Part shown: in pieces, positions 46,103-54,090 of the stretch
Position numbering within the stretch: the first letter of the stretch is position 1
Layout of the letters: the number at the start of each line of letters is the position of its first letter
Origin: a virus
Lineage: Duplodnaviria; Caudoviricetes
Strand: one strand, 5' to 3'
DNA length: 64,000 nucleotides
Virus record (IMG/VR): IMGVR_UViG_3300048854_000106
Span: 187-64,186 of that record
Position numbers and translations under genes: made by a program
Notes under the pieces: model-generated
Database searches by the model: none
Told to the model about the DNA's origin: nothing
What the model saw: only the letters and a program-made list of their open reading frames with translations

Positions 46103-46621
46103 ATGATCACACCTCCACAGTCCAATGAAGAACGATTCCGCATACTATATAGCGGTCTCGTAGCTATACTTGCGCCTGTACGGACAGACAATCGTAGCAC
46201 GAACTATACTGCTGTTGCCCGAATTCTTGGCATATCGGCCCGTAAGGCGAAAGAGATGGATATGACCTTTGATCCATGGCCTTGGTGGCCAACTGTTCTC
46301 GTTGCTGCCATTCGAGATGTGTTACCGCACATAGATCGGTCAAAGCGTAGCCGCGCTATAAACATCCTCAGCGATTTACCCGATGAGGTTCTTATGCCTA
46401 TTGAGAACAGCGTGCGGGGAGCTGACTACCTGAAGACTGTTCTACGCAATGGTCCTTTGTCTTCAAAGCGACTACTCGCAGCAGGTATGCGAGGCGACAT
46501 TAGCAAAGACAGCATATATCGAGCTGCACAACGTATGGGAGTGATTAAAGAATGGATGTTTAACAAGAAACGGACAGAGAAGAAGATGTTTTGGCGTCTA
46601 CCTACAGAGGATGAAGTATGA
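46103..46621 (+). CDS. HTH plus winged-helix protein sharing its C-terminal domain with the primase-helicase
   Basis: YTAVARILGISARKAK HTH; C-terminus aligns by eye to the last ~60 aa of 55282..57207. Confidence 0.65.
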   Translation: MITPPQSNEERFRILYSGLVAILAPVRTDNRSTNYTAVARILGISARKAKEMDMTFDPWPWWPTVLVAAIRDVLPHIDRSKRSRAINILSDLPDEVLMPIENSVRGADYLKTVLRNGPLSSKRLLAAGMRGDISKDSIYRAAQRMGVIKEWMFNKKRTEKKMFWRLPTEDEV

Positions 46622-46854
46622 GAAAGCAGAAACCCGCAGTCTACAAGGACATGGAGCCTGGCGACCTTGTTACCGCCTTCTTTCAGGAATGTATAAAGCT
46701 TAGGATCGGTGAAGGCTTCAGCACTCACCTGTACGTTCGACATCTTTGGCCGAAAGGAAACAAGAAGCTGATAGAACAAGCAGTCGAAAGAGAAACGGGC
46801 ATAGCTATTCAAGTAAAGCCTTCAGCCCGTTTCACGGTCAAACGAATTGGTTAG
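46618..46854 (+). CDS. Hypothetical protein
   Basis: ATGA coupling. Confidence 0.55.
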   Translation: MRKQKPAVYKDMEPGDLVTAFFQECIKLRIGEGFSTHLYVRHLWPKGNKKLIEQAVERETGIAIQVKPSARFTVKRIG

Positions 46855-47081
46855 GCTTCTCCTGCAGTAACGTCGCGCAGGTTCACGACGATAAAAGCTT
46901 CGAAGTTGTAAGCCTTATTTAGTCGTTCAGCGAGAACGTTCGCGTCGAAGCGGTTGTAGAATGCAGCTTCCACACTGCCGACAACCTTGACGGATACATC
47001 AGCCGTGAGGATTACAGCCCATTCGAGGTTCATGTCAAGCAGAGCGTCAATCTGCTCACGGTTCAGTCTCACAATGTCCAT
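46851..47081 (-). CDS. Hypothetical protein
   Basis: Last gene of the convergent minus-strand run. Confidence 0.5.
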   Translation of the reverse strand: MDIVRLNREQIDALLDMNLEWAVILTADVSVKVVGSVEAAFYNRFDANVLAERLNKAYNFEAFIVVNLRDVTAGEA

Positions 47082-47082
47082 G

Positions 47083-47388
47083 TCAAGCCCTTTCGATTTC
47101 CCAAGGCTGAAAGCTTACGCGTGATATCCAATGACGCCCCTCGGGCTGAACCACACAATTAAACGGGAAGTTGTGGGTACAGCCGTCGAGCATACGCAAT
47201 GTACCATACCCACCTGCCTTGATCCTGACCTCATCACCGACTGCGAGCGGTGCGAAAATACCTGGCAGCTGATACTTGCGCAGAGCTATCATTGCAAGTC
47301 GAGCAGCAAGACGACACTCGGGCTCTTTGGCGATGTCGAGATAAGCCTTGCGCAGTCGGCGATAGCCGTTGAGAGTGATCTGTCTCAT
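47083..47388 (-). CDS. Hypothetical protein
   Basis: GGAGA RBS, ATGA coupling at 47388. Confidence 0.55.
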   Translation of the reverse strand: MRQITLNGYRRLRKAYLDIAKEPECRLAARLAMIALRKYQLPGIFAPLAVGDEVRIKAGGYGTLRMLDGCTHNFPFNCVVQPEGRHWISRVSFQPWEIERA

Positions 47389-47678
47389 GATTGGGTCTCC
47401 AAAGGAATGGTGATGATTGCGGTAACATCGCAGATAGCTTCGCCGATGGTGAAGATATACCAATCATCGTCGCTGCCGCACTCGAAGGTGAAGTCGGTCG
47501 TGACAGCGTTGAAGCCATCGAACCCGACAACGGAAACCCAAATGGTTTCGCCATCATCACGATGCTGCACGATGATCTCATGAGCGTCGGGAAAGTAGCG
47601 AAGGAACTCAGTAGCAAGATAATGCTTCTGATGGTTGATCGACGAGTCAGTCGAGTCAGGAGGAAGAATGCAAGGCAT
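47385..47678 (-). CDS. Hypothetical protein
   Basis: ATG 47678 downstream of a TATAAT element at 47727-47732. Confidence 0.55.
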   Translation of the reverse strand: MPCILPPDSTDSSINHQKHYLATEFLRYFPDAHEIIVQHRDDGETIWVSVVGFDGFNAVTTDFTFECGSDDDWYIFTIGEAICDVTAIITIPLETQS

Positions 47679-47910
47679 TGGTCGGTTCCCATATACACGT
47701 TGCGTCATTGCATCGGGTACGCGATCATTATACACTCTTGGGAACTGGCAATATACTGTCTCAATTCTTGTATACTCCGCCATCATGAAATTGGCGCCTT
47801 AGGCAATCGTCGTTCGCGTCGTGCATCGATGTATCGCGATTGTCGCGGTGATCACCCAGAGGCGCCAATATCGCCTCCAGATTTCGCGAGATGATGCGTC
47901 GCGAACACAC

Positions 47911-47946
47911 AAAAAACGCGCACGAACCTTAATGGCACATGCGCGT
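47911..47946 (-). terminator. Intrinsic terminator
   Basis: CGCGCA...TGCGCG stem followed by TTTTTT on the minus strand. Confidence 0.5.
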
Positions 47947-47952
47947 AGAAGC

Positions 47953-48132
47953 TTATTTGCTGCTAAGAATGAGAAGTGAGTGGCTGATGTCCGTCAAGAC
48001 ATTGAGCTTGCGCTGCTCGATGGCCAACGCATATATCTTCTCGCGCTCGATACGGCCGAGCTTGTCATACTGCTTTGAGGGGTTTGGATCGAGCAGTATC
48101 GCGATCTCGTGCAGCTCTCTCTTTTCGATCAT
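47953..48132 (-). CDS. 59-aa hypothetical protein
   Basis: AAGGAG RBS; MIEKRELHEIAILLDP...; not in the ORF track. Confidence 0.45.
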   Translation of the reverse strand: MIEKRELHEIAILLDPNPSKQYDKLGRIEREKIYALAIEQRKLNVLTDISHSLLILSSK

Positions 48133-48301
48133 GCTTCTTCTCCTTGACCAATGTGTAGTCCGACCGTTGGTAGAACATCATGGACTGCGCGATGTCAGCC
48201 TTCATAGCCTTCCGCGTAGACCGCTTGGTGCGGAACTTGCCCAACGACACGCGCATTTGGCCGGGTGCCTCTCTCATGAGCTCATACTTCTTGCGGATCA
48301 T
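48065..48301 (-). CDS. Small basic hypothetical protein
   Basis: ATGA coupling. Confidence 0.45.
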   Translation of the reverse strand: MIRKKYELMREAPGQMRVSLGKFRTKRSTRKAMKADIAQSMMFYQRSDYTLVKEKKHDRKERAARDRDTARSKPLKAV

Positions 48302-48531
48302 TTCGCTGCTCCCTTGATAGCTTTGCGCATCATGGCATTCTCCGCGGCGTGTTCGGCCTTCATGCGCTGAAGCTCCTTGTCACCCGACGCACGGTAAGCA
48401 TACTTGCCGCGAGCAAGGTCACAGCCGTATTGGTTGACCTGCATGACCATCGAGACGCGGTACTGATCATCCATGACCATATGTGGGTGAAGCGCGCAGG
48501 CGGCAGCGACCATTGCGGCTGTCGTGATCAT
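48298..48531 (-). CDS. Hypothetical protein
   Basis: GGAG RBS, ATGA coupling. Confidence 0.55.
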   Translation of the reverse strand: MITTAAMVAAACALHPHMVMDDQYRVSMVMQVNQYGCDLARGKYAYRASGDKELQRMKAEHAAENAMMRKAIKGAAK

Positions 48532-48893
48532 GCCCGTGCTCCCCGCCCGCGGGTGCGAGCCATAAGACGATCATGCCGCATCTGCTTGATCTCGGCGAGC
48601 ATGCGGTTATAAGCATGGATGTCGAGCCGCGTGTGGTTCGCGATGATCGGCTCGAAGTCGGTCTTGCGTGCGTCCCATGAATGTTTGGGCAGGTTGAAGG
48701 TGCTTAGGTAAAAACCATCGATGTAATACCGATCGCCGTTATTGAGCTCGACAAAGATGGGTGAGCGCGTACCCAAATGCTTCGCAACGATTGGAGCTTC
48801 AGCACCGCCGCTTGAGTATTGACGAAAGCGAGTCGGGTATTTACCGCGATACTTGCGCGATCCGTTCGTGGGCAGTTTTACAGCGTGTGGCAT
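48528..48893 (-). CDS. Hypothetical protein
   Basis: GAGGA RBS, first gene after a promoter. Confidence 0.6.
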   Translation of the reverse strand: MPHAVKLPTNGSRKYRGKYPTRFRQYSSGGAEAPIVAKHLGTRSPIFVELNNGDRYYIDGFYLSTFNLPKHSWDARKTDFEPIIANHTRLDIHAYNRMLAEIKQMRHDRLMARTRGRGARA

Positions 48894-48939
48894 CGGTCGT
48901 TCCTCATCGCGTGCGCGTTATTGCGCAACGGGTGCCATA

Positions 48940-48968
48940 ATTATACGACGTACGGACACCAGCGTAAA
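48940..48968 (-). promoter_or_regulatory. sigma70-type promoter
   Basis: TTTACG-N17-TATAAT. Confidence 0.65.
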
Positions 48969-48984
48969 CTGTCCATATTCTACC

Positions 48985-49179
48985 TTATTCTTCGAACAGC
49001 TCATCGATGCAGATGAAGTCCATCTCACGATCAGCAGTCTCTTCAAGTTGATCTTCAAGCTGTTGAACAAAGCTGTAAAGCGGGTGGCCTTCATCCCGAT
49101 TGATGAATTGCTGACCACTCATGATCTCCTTGACCAACAGCTTGAAAGCCTGATCAGTTCCGCGTAGCTCAATCTTCAT
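48985..49179 (-). CDS. Hypothetical protein
   Basis: AAGGAG RBS, ATGA coupling. Confidence 0.55.
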   Translation of the reverse strand: MKIELRGTDQAFKLLVKEIMSGQQFINRDEGHPLYSFVQQLEDQLEETADREMDFICIDELFEE

Positions 49180-49667
49180 GACACGAACTCCTTAGCTTTG
49201 GCAAAGTCGATGGCCTTGCCGATGAATTCTTCGAGCCAACGCTGGCAGCGCTTGGTCGGACGAATGCTGGCGTCAAACATGCCATAAGCTTGAAGGCGGG
49301 TCACATCCGCATCTCTAAAGATAACGTGCTCGCGAACTTCGGTCGGATCGGCATAGCAGAGATGTTCGACGAGATCTTCATCGAAGCCTGCAACCTCACA
49401 TAGATCCGCCCAATTATGGCCGTCGAGCTCAGCAATGGCGAATTCCTTGACGGAATCACCAATCTCCTCGATCATCATGTTGAACAGCTCAGTCTGTTCG
49501 GCGGCAGGCAGCGTGCGCCATACGGGTTCTTCGGGCTGTTCAGGTATCGGCTGCTCGAATTGCTTGATCAGCTGTAAGCAGTTAGGCGTGTTGCAAAAAC
49601 GGCTCAAGGCCGTAAAGACTAGGACACGCTCGTCATTGGTCAGGTTATAGGCGCGGGTGTTAGCCAT
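49176..49667 (-). CDS. Hypothetical acidic protein
   Basis: GGAGGA RBS, TAATG coupling. Confidence 0.6.
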   Translation of the reverse strand: MANTRAYNLTNDERVLVFTALSRFCNTPNCLQLIKQFEQPIPEQPEEPVWRTLPAAEQTELFNMMIEEIGDSVKEFAIAELDGHNWADLCEVAGFDEDLVEHLCYADPTEVREHVIFRDADVTRLQAYGMFDASIRPTKRCQRWLEEFIGKAIDFAKAKEFVS

Positions 49668-49945
49668 TATACGATCCTCCGCCACGCGGCGCTGCGAGCA
49701 GTCACCTTGATCTCATAGACGGCATTCGGCACCTCGGGAACCTTGAAGGTAAAGCCGAACGGACGTTTGCTGCACTTCACAACAGGCCAACCCGTGTTCT
49801 TGGTAAACGCCTTACCGTAGTCGTTAATATCCTCGTACTCGCGTTCGTTCTGCCAACGGCCGTACAGATAGCTCAGCCAATCGGTATCGATCACCGCAGA
49901 GATTTTATCACGAACGGCTTGTGGTGTAGCAACCTTGGTAGTCAT
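49667..49945 (-). CDS. Hypothetical protein
   Basis: AAGGAG RBS, biased codons. Confidence 0.65.
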   Translation of the reverse strand: MTTKVATPQAVRDKISAVIDTDWLSYLYGRWQNEREYEDINDYGKAFTKNTGWPVVKCSKRPFGFTFKVPEVPNAVYEIKVTARSAAWRRIV

Positions 49946-50004
49946 TGTCGTGGCTCCTTCGCGTTATTGCGATGATGCATAATGCGCGCAATGGTACCCG
50001 TAAA

Positions 50005-50292
50005 TCAATCACCCATTTTCTGCGACATTCTACCCATGACCCAAGCGACACCAAGCAAGTCTCGTAGCTCTGTGGCCTTACGCTTCTTGCGATACATACC
50101 AAGAAGCTTTCTGCCTGACGTGCCGAACGGGTCTGTGTAGATCAAAGCCCAAGGCTTCTCCTCGTCCACGCTTGCGAGGTCACCATCCACGACCTTGAAA
50201 GGCTCGAACGTCTTCAAAGCCTTCTTGATCTGGGCTTGAAGCAAAACCTCAGGGTCTTGCTTCTCCATGACCATCTTCCTAGCCCTTGGCAT
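50005..50292 (-). CDS. Hypothetical protein
   Basis: Coupled series. Confidence 0.5.
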   Translation of the reverse strand: MPRARKMVMEKQDPEVLLQAQIKKALKTFEPFKVVDGDLASVDEEKPWALIYTDPFGTSGRKLLGMYRKKRKATELRDLLGVAWVMGRMSQKMGD

Positions 50293-50473
50293 AACGTATC
50301 CTCCGGATCAAGCTGTCGGTCGACTTCTCCGACACCTTACCATTCTTGATCCAAACGTTACCCCACAGAGCATGGCCGACTCTGCAGATCAGCTTGCTCG
50401 GCGTATAGACAACCGAAAAGCCTTCTTCTTTCAGCCTGCCTCGAGCTATTTCCCACAGGATTTGATTTGCCAT
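50279..50473 (-). CDS. Hypothetical protein
   Basis: AAGGAG RBS, TAATG coupling. Confidence 0.55.
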   Translation of the reverse strand: MANQILWEIARGRLKEEGFSVVYTPSKLICRVGHALWGNVWIKNGKVSEKSTDSLIRRIRYAKG

Positions 50474-50841
50474 TACACTGCTCCTTTCAGTTGTGCTAAG
50501 AGACCCTCGACATGCTTCATCATGATCATGGTCTCGATGCCCGGCAAGAAGGCATCCACGAGACCATGCTGTACGGGCATCGTATTGATGACCTCGCTAT
50601 CAAGCCCGTCGTGTCCCAGCCCGTCAAGTGACTCGCTCGAGCCGTACGCCTTGCCAGCGATCAAGCTCGACAGAAAGCCGGCGCTTGTTATGGGAGCACT
50701 GATCCGGCCACCCTGTCCAATGAGCGGATTGAGTCGGCGAGCTACGTCTACGTGGTTCAGTATGCCCGGGAAGATGATCGGGATACGGCGCGAGTAGTCA
50801 GCCGTATAAGCTATGTACTTCCAATCAGACATGGATGACAC
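50473..50841 (-). CDS. Hypothetical protein
   Basis: IIFPGILNHVDVA...SAGF...AYGSSESL pattern; coupled series. Confidence 0.55.
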   Translation of the reverse strand: MSSMSDWKYIAYTADYSRRIPIIFPGILNHVDVARRLNPLIGQGGRISAPITSAGFLSSLIAGKAYGSSESLDGLGHDGLDSEVINTMPVQHGLVDAFLPGIETMIMMKHVEGLLAQLKGAV

Positions 50842-50932
50842 CTTTCGGGAACAGGATCATAAAGACCACGAAGAAGACAGCCCAGGCTATAAGCCCGAAC
50901 GTCAAAGCGGATGCTATATCACGTTTTCTCAT
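50825..50932 (-). CDS. 35-aa single-TM peptide
   Basis: MRKRDIASALTFGLIAWAVFFVVFMILFPKGVIHV; AAGGAG upstream; not in the ORF track. Confidence 0.45.
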   Translation of the reverse strand: MRKRDIASALTFGLIAWAVFFVVFMILFPKGVIHV

Positions 50933-51149
50933 TAGTATGTTTCTCCTTATCGAGGATCAAAAGCAGGGCGACTCTGTATCGACCAACCCGATCTTCTGCA
51001 AGTGCCAGTTTAAACTGAACTACGGGTATAGCTTCGCGGATTGATTTAGTCGGCCTGCGTGCTTTTAGCTCGGTAAGGTGGTCTCGATGCCGGACGACAT
51101 CCACGTGAGCTTCAAGCATTCGCTCGATGAACTCCTCATAGACTGTCAT
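50919..51149 (-). CDS. Hypothetical protein
   Basis: AAGGAG RBS. Confidence 0.55.
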   Translation of the reverse strand: MTVYEEFIERMLEAHVDVVRHRDHLTELKARRPTKSIREAIPVVQFKLALAEDRVGRYRVALLLILDKEKHTNEKT

Positions 51150-51378
51150 TGCTGTGTCTCCTTAAACGCATGAACCTACGACGTCTGCCGTCTTCGCCAA
51201 TGAAGCCGACATGCACGACGTCGGGCTTCATGTCGAAGTGCAGCTCACCAACAGGCCTGTGGGATTTGGTGTCAGCGATGCGACGAACCACACTCTTAAG
51301 CTCATTCACAGTCGACGCCCGAATAGACTTCGGAACGTCGATCATGTGAGACTGCTCGATGATCCAACAGTCGATCAT
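51136..51378 (-). CDS. Hypothetical protein
   Basis: ATGA coupling. Confidence 0.5.
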   Translation of the reverse strand: MIDCWIIEQSHMIDVPKSIRASTVNELKSVVRRIADTKSHRPVGELHFDMKPDVVHVGFIGEDGRRRRFMRLRRHSNDSL

Positions 51379-51956
51379 GCTACACCGATCAACCGCTTGA
51401 CAGCGGGTAGCTCGTTGGGTGCGAACGCCCAGCCATAATCAGGCTTGACGTACTTGCTCGCGCGCAGCAGACCGCGTGCGATCATCGGCTTTACAGCAGT
51501 GCCTTTGCACAGTTCAGTCACGGTGACGTAGCCGGCAGGACGTTCGCCTTTCGGCACGACGACCTTGTGCTTTTTGAGTGCCGACTCATGCACGATGTCA
51601 GTTACGATCGGCTCACGAGGCTCATCCCATGTGCCGCGACGGAAACGAGCGATCATGCGGATAGCATCATCGTCGAGTCGCCACTTAGCTTCCTCAGGTG
51701 TGAACTCGTGATCCATGATCTCATGCAGCTCGAAACTGCGCAGCTTGATCCCGTCATCGAGACCTAGCTCGTGACCGCGGATAATGCCCGAGATGTCACC
51801 GACGATCGCGTTAAGCCAATGCTTCGCAGCATACAGCTCACGGAAACCTTGGGTAAACACCCGACTATGCTGTTCCATGTGAAAGCGGCGGATAGCTGTG
51901 ATCGAGTAGCGAGCCGGCCGCATCGGCGCGCTGGGATATGGGTTAGGCAGCGTCAC
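51375..51956 (-). CDS. Hypothetical protein with C-terminal HTH-like domain (paralog of 30887..31654)
   Basis: GGAGG RBS; aligns by eye with 30887..31654. Confidence 0.65.
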   Translation of the reverse strand: MTLPNPYPSAPMRPARYSITAIRRFHMEQHSRVFTQGFRELYAAKHWLNAIVGDISGIIRGHELGLDDGIKLRSFELHEIMDHEFTPEEAKWRLDDDAIRMIARFRRGTWDEPREPIVTDIVHESALKKHKVVVPKGERPAGYVTVTELCKGTAVKPMIARGLLRASKYVKPDYGWAFAPNELPAVKRLIGVA

Positions 51957-52182
51957 TGCAAAGCCTCCATTCGTTGTGTGGGGAAGAATGACGGGTCACG
52001 AGCCCGTCCGCCTCGAGCGTTTCGAGAACGACGAAGATGCGATGCGGCATCAGCTTCGTGCGCCAAGCGATGTCGCCGGCGGGCATGGGAAGACCGATGC
52101 GCATGTGAGAAAAGACGAGCCAGCGTTCCTCGAAGGAAGGCGGATCGAGATGGATCGGTGCGTCGTTGGTCGCGGTAATCAT
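51943..52182 (-). CDS. Small winged-helix-like protein
   Basis: AGDIAWRTKL...IFVVLETLEADGLV pattern; GAGGA RBS. Confidence 0.5.
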   Translation of the reverse strand: MITATNDAPIHLDPPSFEERWLVFSHMRIGLPMPAGDIAWRTKLMPHRIFVVLETLEADGLVTRHSSPHNEWRLCSDAA

Positions 52183-52216
52183 GTCATCATCCTCGCGTCA
52201 TTGCGTTGGAGTGATC

Positions 52217-52245
52217 ATTATACGATCATGGTTTGCGGATTACAA
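52217..52245 (-). promoter_or_regulatory. sigma70-type promoter
   Basis: TTGTAA-N17-TATAAT. Confidence 0.6.
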
Positions 52246-52250
52246 CCGTT

Positions 52251-52454
52251 TCATTCTTTGATCATCAACCCACGATCCAGGCGATCCTTGAGTTGTGGGC
52301 TGCTGACGTAGGCTCGACCATCTTTGTAATGACCGAGCTTACCCGCGTCACGCAGAAGCACCTTGTCCTGCATAGACGCGTTACGCCACCACCATCCTTC
52401 GGCGTCCATCTTGTGCCATTCACCACTGCCCATCTGGTTGTTATTCCACCTCAT
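52251..52454 (-). CDS. Hypothetical protein
   Basis: 67-aa Trp-rich ORF. Confidence 0.45.
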   Translation of the reverse strand: MRWNNNQMGSGEWHKMDAEGWWWRNASMQDKVLLRDAGKLGHYKDGRAYVSSPQLKDRLDRGLMIKE

Positions 52455-52626
52455 GCCTTATCCTTTATCCGCGATAGACGCGAACGATCGACCCAATCCA
52501 TATCGGTCTTACCCACCTCACGGACTGCGCACTTGTTGAACTCTGCCACGTGATAGCCACGATACTGCACTCGCAGGTATCCGTCAAGCAGAACGATGCC
52601 GTCGAGCGGCAAGTTATCCCTTGCCA

Positions 52627-53487
52627 TCAATGTAGCTCCTCGCGTAGCTTGATACGATCGCCAGCAGCGAAGCCAGCTTGTGTCCCGTTGCCAGTCGGCA
52701 GTACCCGAGCGCGCGGTCCCTTGCGCTTCGCTGCGCGACGTGCTTCCCGCTTGCGATAACGCTCAGCCTCGCGATCCTCAGCGTCACGCTGGGCCGGTGT
52801 GAGTGCATTGCGTCGCAACTCCTCACGTTGCTCGCGTTGACGCGCCTGTTCAGCGTATCGCGCCTCCTGCTCGGCAGTGGGCTTCCAGTAGTCGTTGTTC
52901 TCTTGAGCCAGCTGCTTGAAGTATCCTTGCACCACCAGTGCGTTCGATCCCACAGTTGCCTGAGCGGTGGCCTCATCCTGCTGCATCTTATACACCAGAG
53001 CGATGGCACGTTCGTAGACGCGGTGAGCGCAGGCCGCCTTGAACGTCTTGCGGAACTCGGCACGATCACGCTGAGTCATGCCCTTAGGCAGCGATTGCTT
53101 ATATAGCAGCTCGACTTGACGCATGAGCCAGAACATGGTCTTCTCAGTCAGATCGACATTCTCCTCGCGGCCGATGAAGAACACGCCGCCCTTACCATTG
53201 TCGTAGACGTACACCTCGCAACCGTACAATCGAGCGGCAGCCTGTGCGGCGAGAACCTGATGGATCTTCAACTCTTGGTTGACAGCTTTGCGAACAGCCT
53301 TGCGTTGCGCCTCGGTCTGACCGCCGGGCTTCACACTGTCAAGACTGATGCCGATGCGTGCGGCGATACCCGCAGCCATACGCATTGCAGTTTCTTGCTC
53401 GTCCTCCGAACAACCGTTCTCGACGGTCATGTTCATCAGACCCTCGAGCTTTCTGCGATACTTCGCGATCTCCTCTGCGGTCAGCAT
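52627..53487 (-). CDS. DUF2786-domain protein
   Basis: N-terminal RRKLEGLM...SEDEQETAMRMA pattern, C-terminal GFAAGDRIKL; GGAG RBS. Confidence 0.7.
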   Translation of the reverse strand: MLTAEEIAKYRRKLEGLMNMTVENGCSEDEQETAMRMAAGIAARIGISLDSVKPGGQTEAQRKAVRKAVNQELKIHQVLAAQAAARLYGCEVYVYDNGKGGVFFIGREENVDLTEKTMFWLMRQVELLYKQSLPKGMTQRDRAEFRKTFKAACAHRVYERAIALVYKMQQDEATAQATVGSNALVVQGYFKQLAQENNDYWKPTAEQEARYAEQARQREQREELRRNALTPAQRDAEDREAERYRKREARRAAKRKGPRARVLPTGNGTQAGFAAGDRIKLREELH

Positions 53488-53488
53488 G

Positions 53489-53803
53489 TCAGAGCTCCAT
53501 GACTGCGCGGATCGTGTCCGCGTGATGAGGGAAGCGAGCGGCGAATGGTCGCAGGCCACCCGTTTTCTTGATTTCCTTCGCCCAAGACGTCGCCTCGTTG
53601 GCGAACATGGTCTCGTGCTCGTCGGTCTCGATCAGGTGACCCGCGAGATACTCGACCTCGTTGCGCGCTGTGATCGGATAGGGGCTGTTGTGGTCGATAG
53701 GTCGCGTCACCTTCGCAACGTCAACGCCGTGACCGCAATTGGATACAGCCATCATCGCGGCGATGCGAGCAATGCGGCGGTCGTCATCAGTTTGCTTAAA
53801 CAT
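53489..53803 (-). CDS. Hypothetical protein
   Basis: GAGGAG RBS after a promoter. Confidence 0.6.
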   Translation of the reverse strand: MFKQTDDDRRIARIAAMMAVSNCGHGVDVAKVTRPIDHNSPYPITARNEVEYLAGHLIETDEHETMFANEATSWAKEIKKTGGLRPFAARFPHHADTIRAVMEL

Positions 53804-53841
53804 GTCGTCGTCTCCTCAATGAGTGATTGCATTGATCCAAC

Positions 53842-53870
53842 ATAATACGATGATGGGTAACCGAAGTCAC
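53842..53870 (-). promoter_or_regulatory. sigma70-type promoter overlapped by an inverted repeat
   Basis: GTGACT-N17-TATTAT; ATGATGGGT / ACCCATCAT arms at 53850-53858 and 53869-53877. Confidence 0.55.
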
Positions 53871-53880
53871 CCATCATATT

Positions 53881-54087
53881 CTATCTGCGTTCTCCGAATT
53901 TCTCGAAGATAGCTTGCTTGTCCCACAGGCTAGCCTGAATGCGGTGGAACTCAGCCTTGAGCATGAGCCGGTGAAATTCACGGTCCGCCGGCACATATCC
54001 CTTTGACTGAGCTTTCGCCTCACGCATGCTTTGCCTGTGGTTCGCTGCAACCCGCTCGCAGTGTTCTGCTCCGAGGTTGAGTGACAT
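53881..54087 (-). CDS. Hypothetical protein
   Basis: ORF directly downstream of 54091..54933. Confidence 0.5.
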   Translation of the reverse strand: MSLNLGAEHCERVAANHRQSMREAKAQSKGYVPADREFHRLMLKAEFHRIQASLWDKQAIFEKFGERR

Positions 54088-54090
54088 AGC

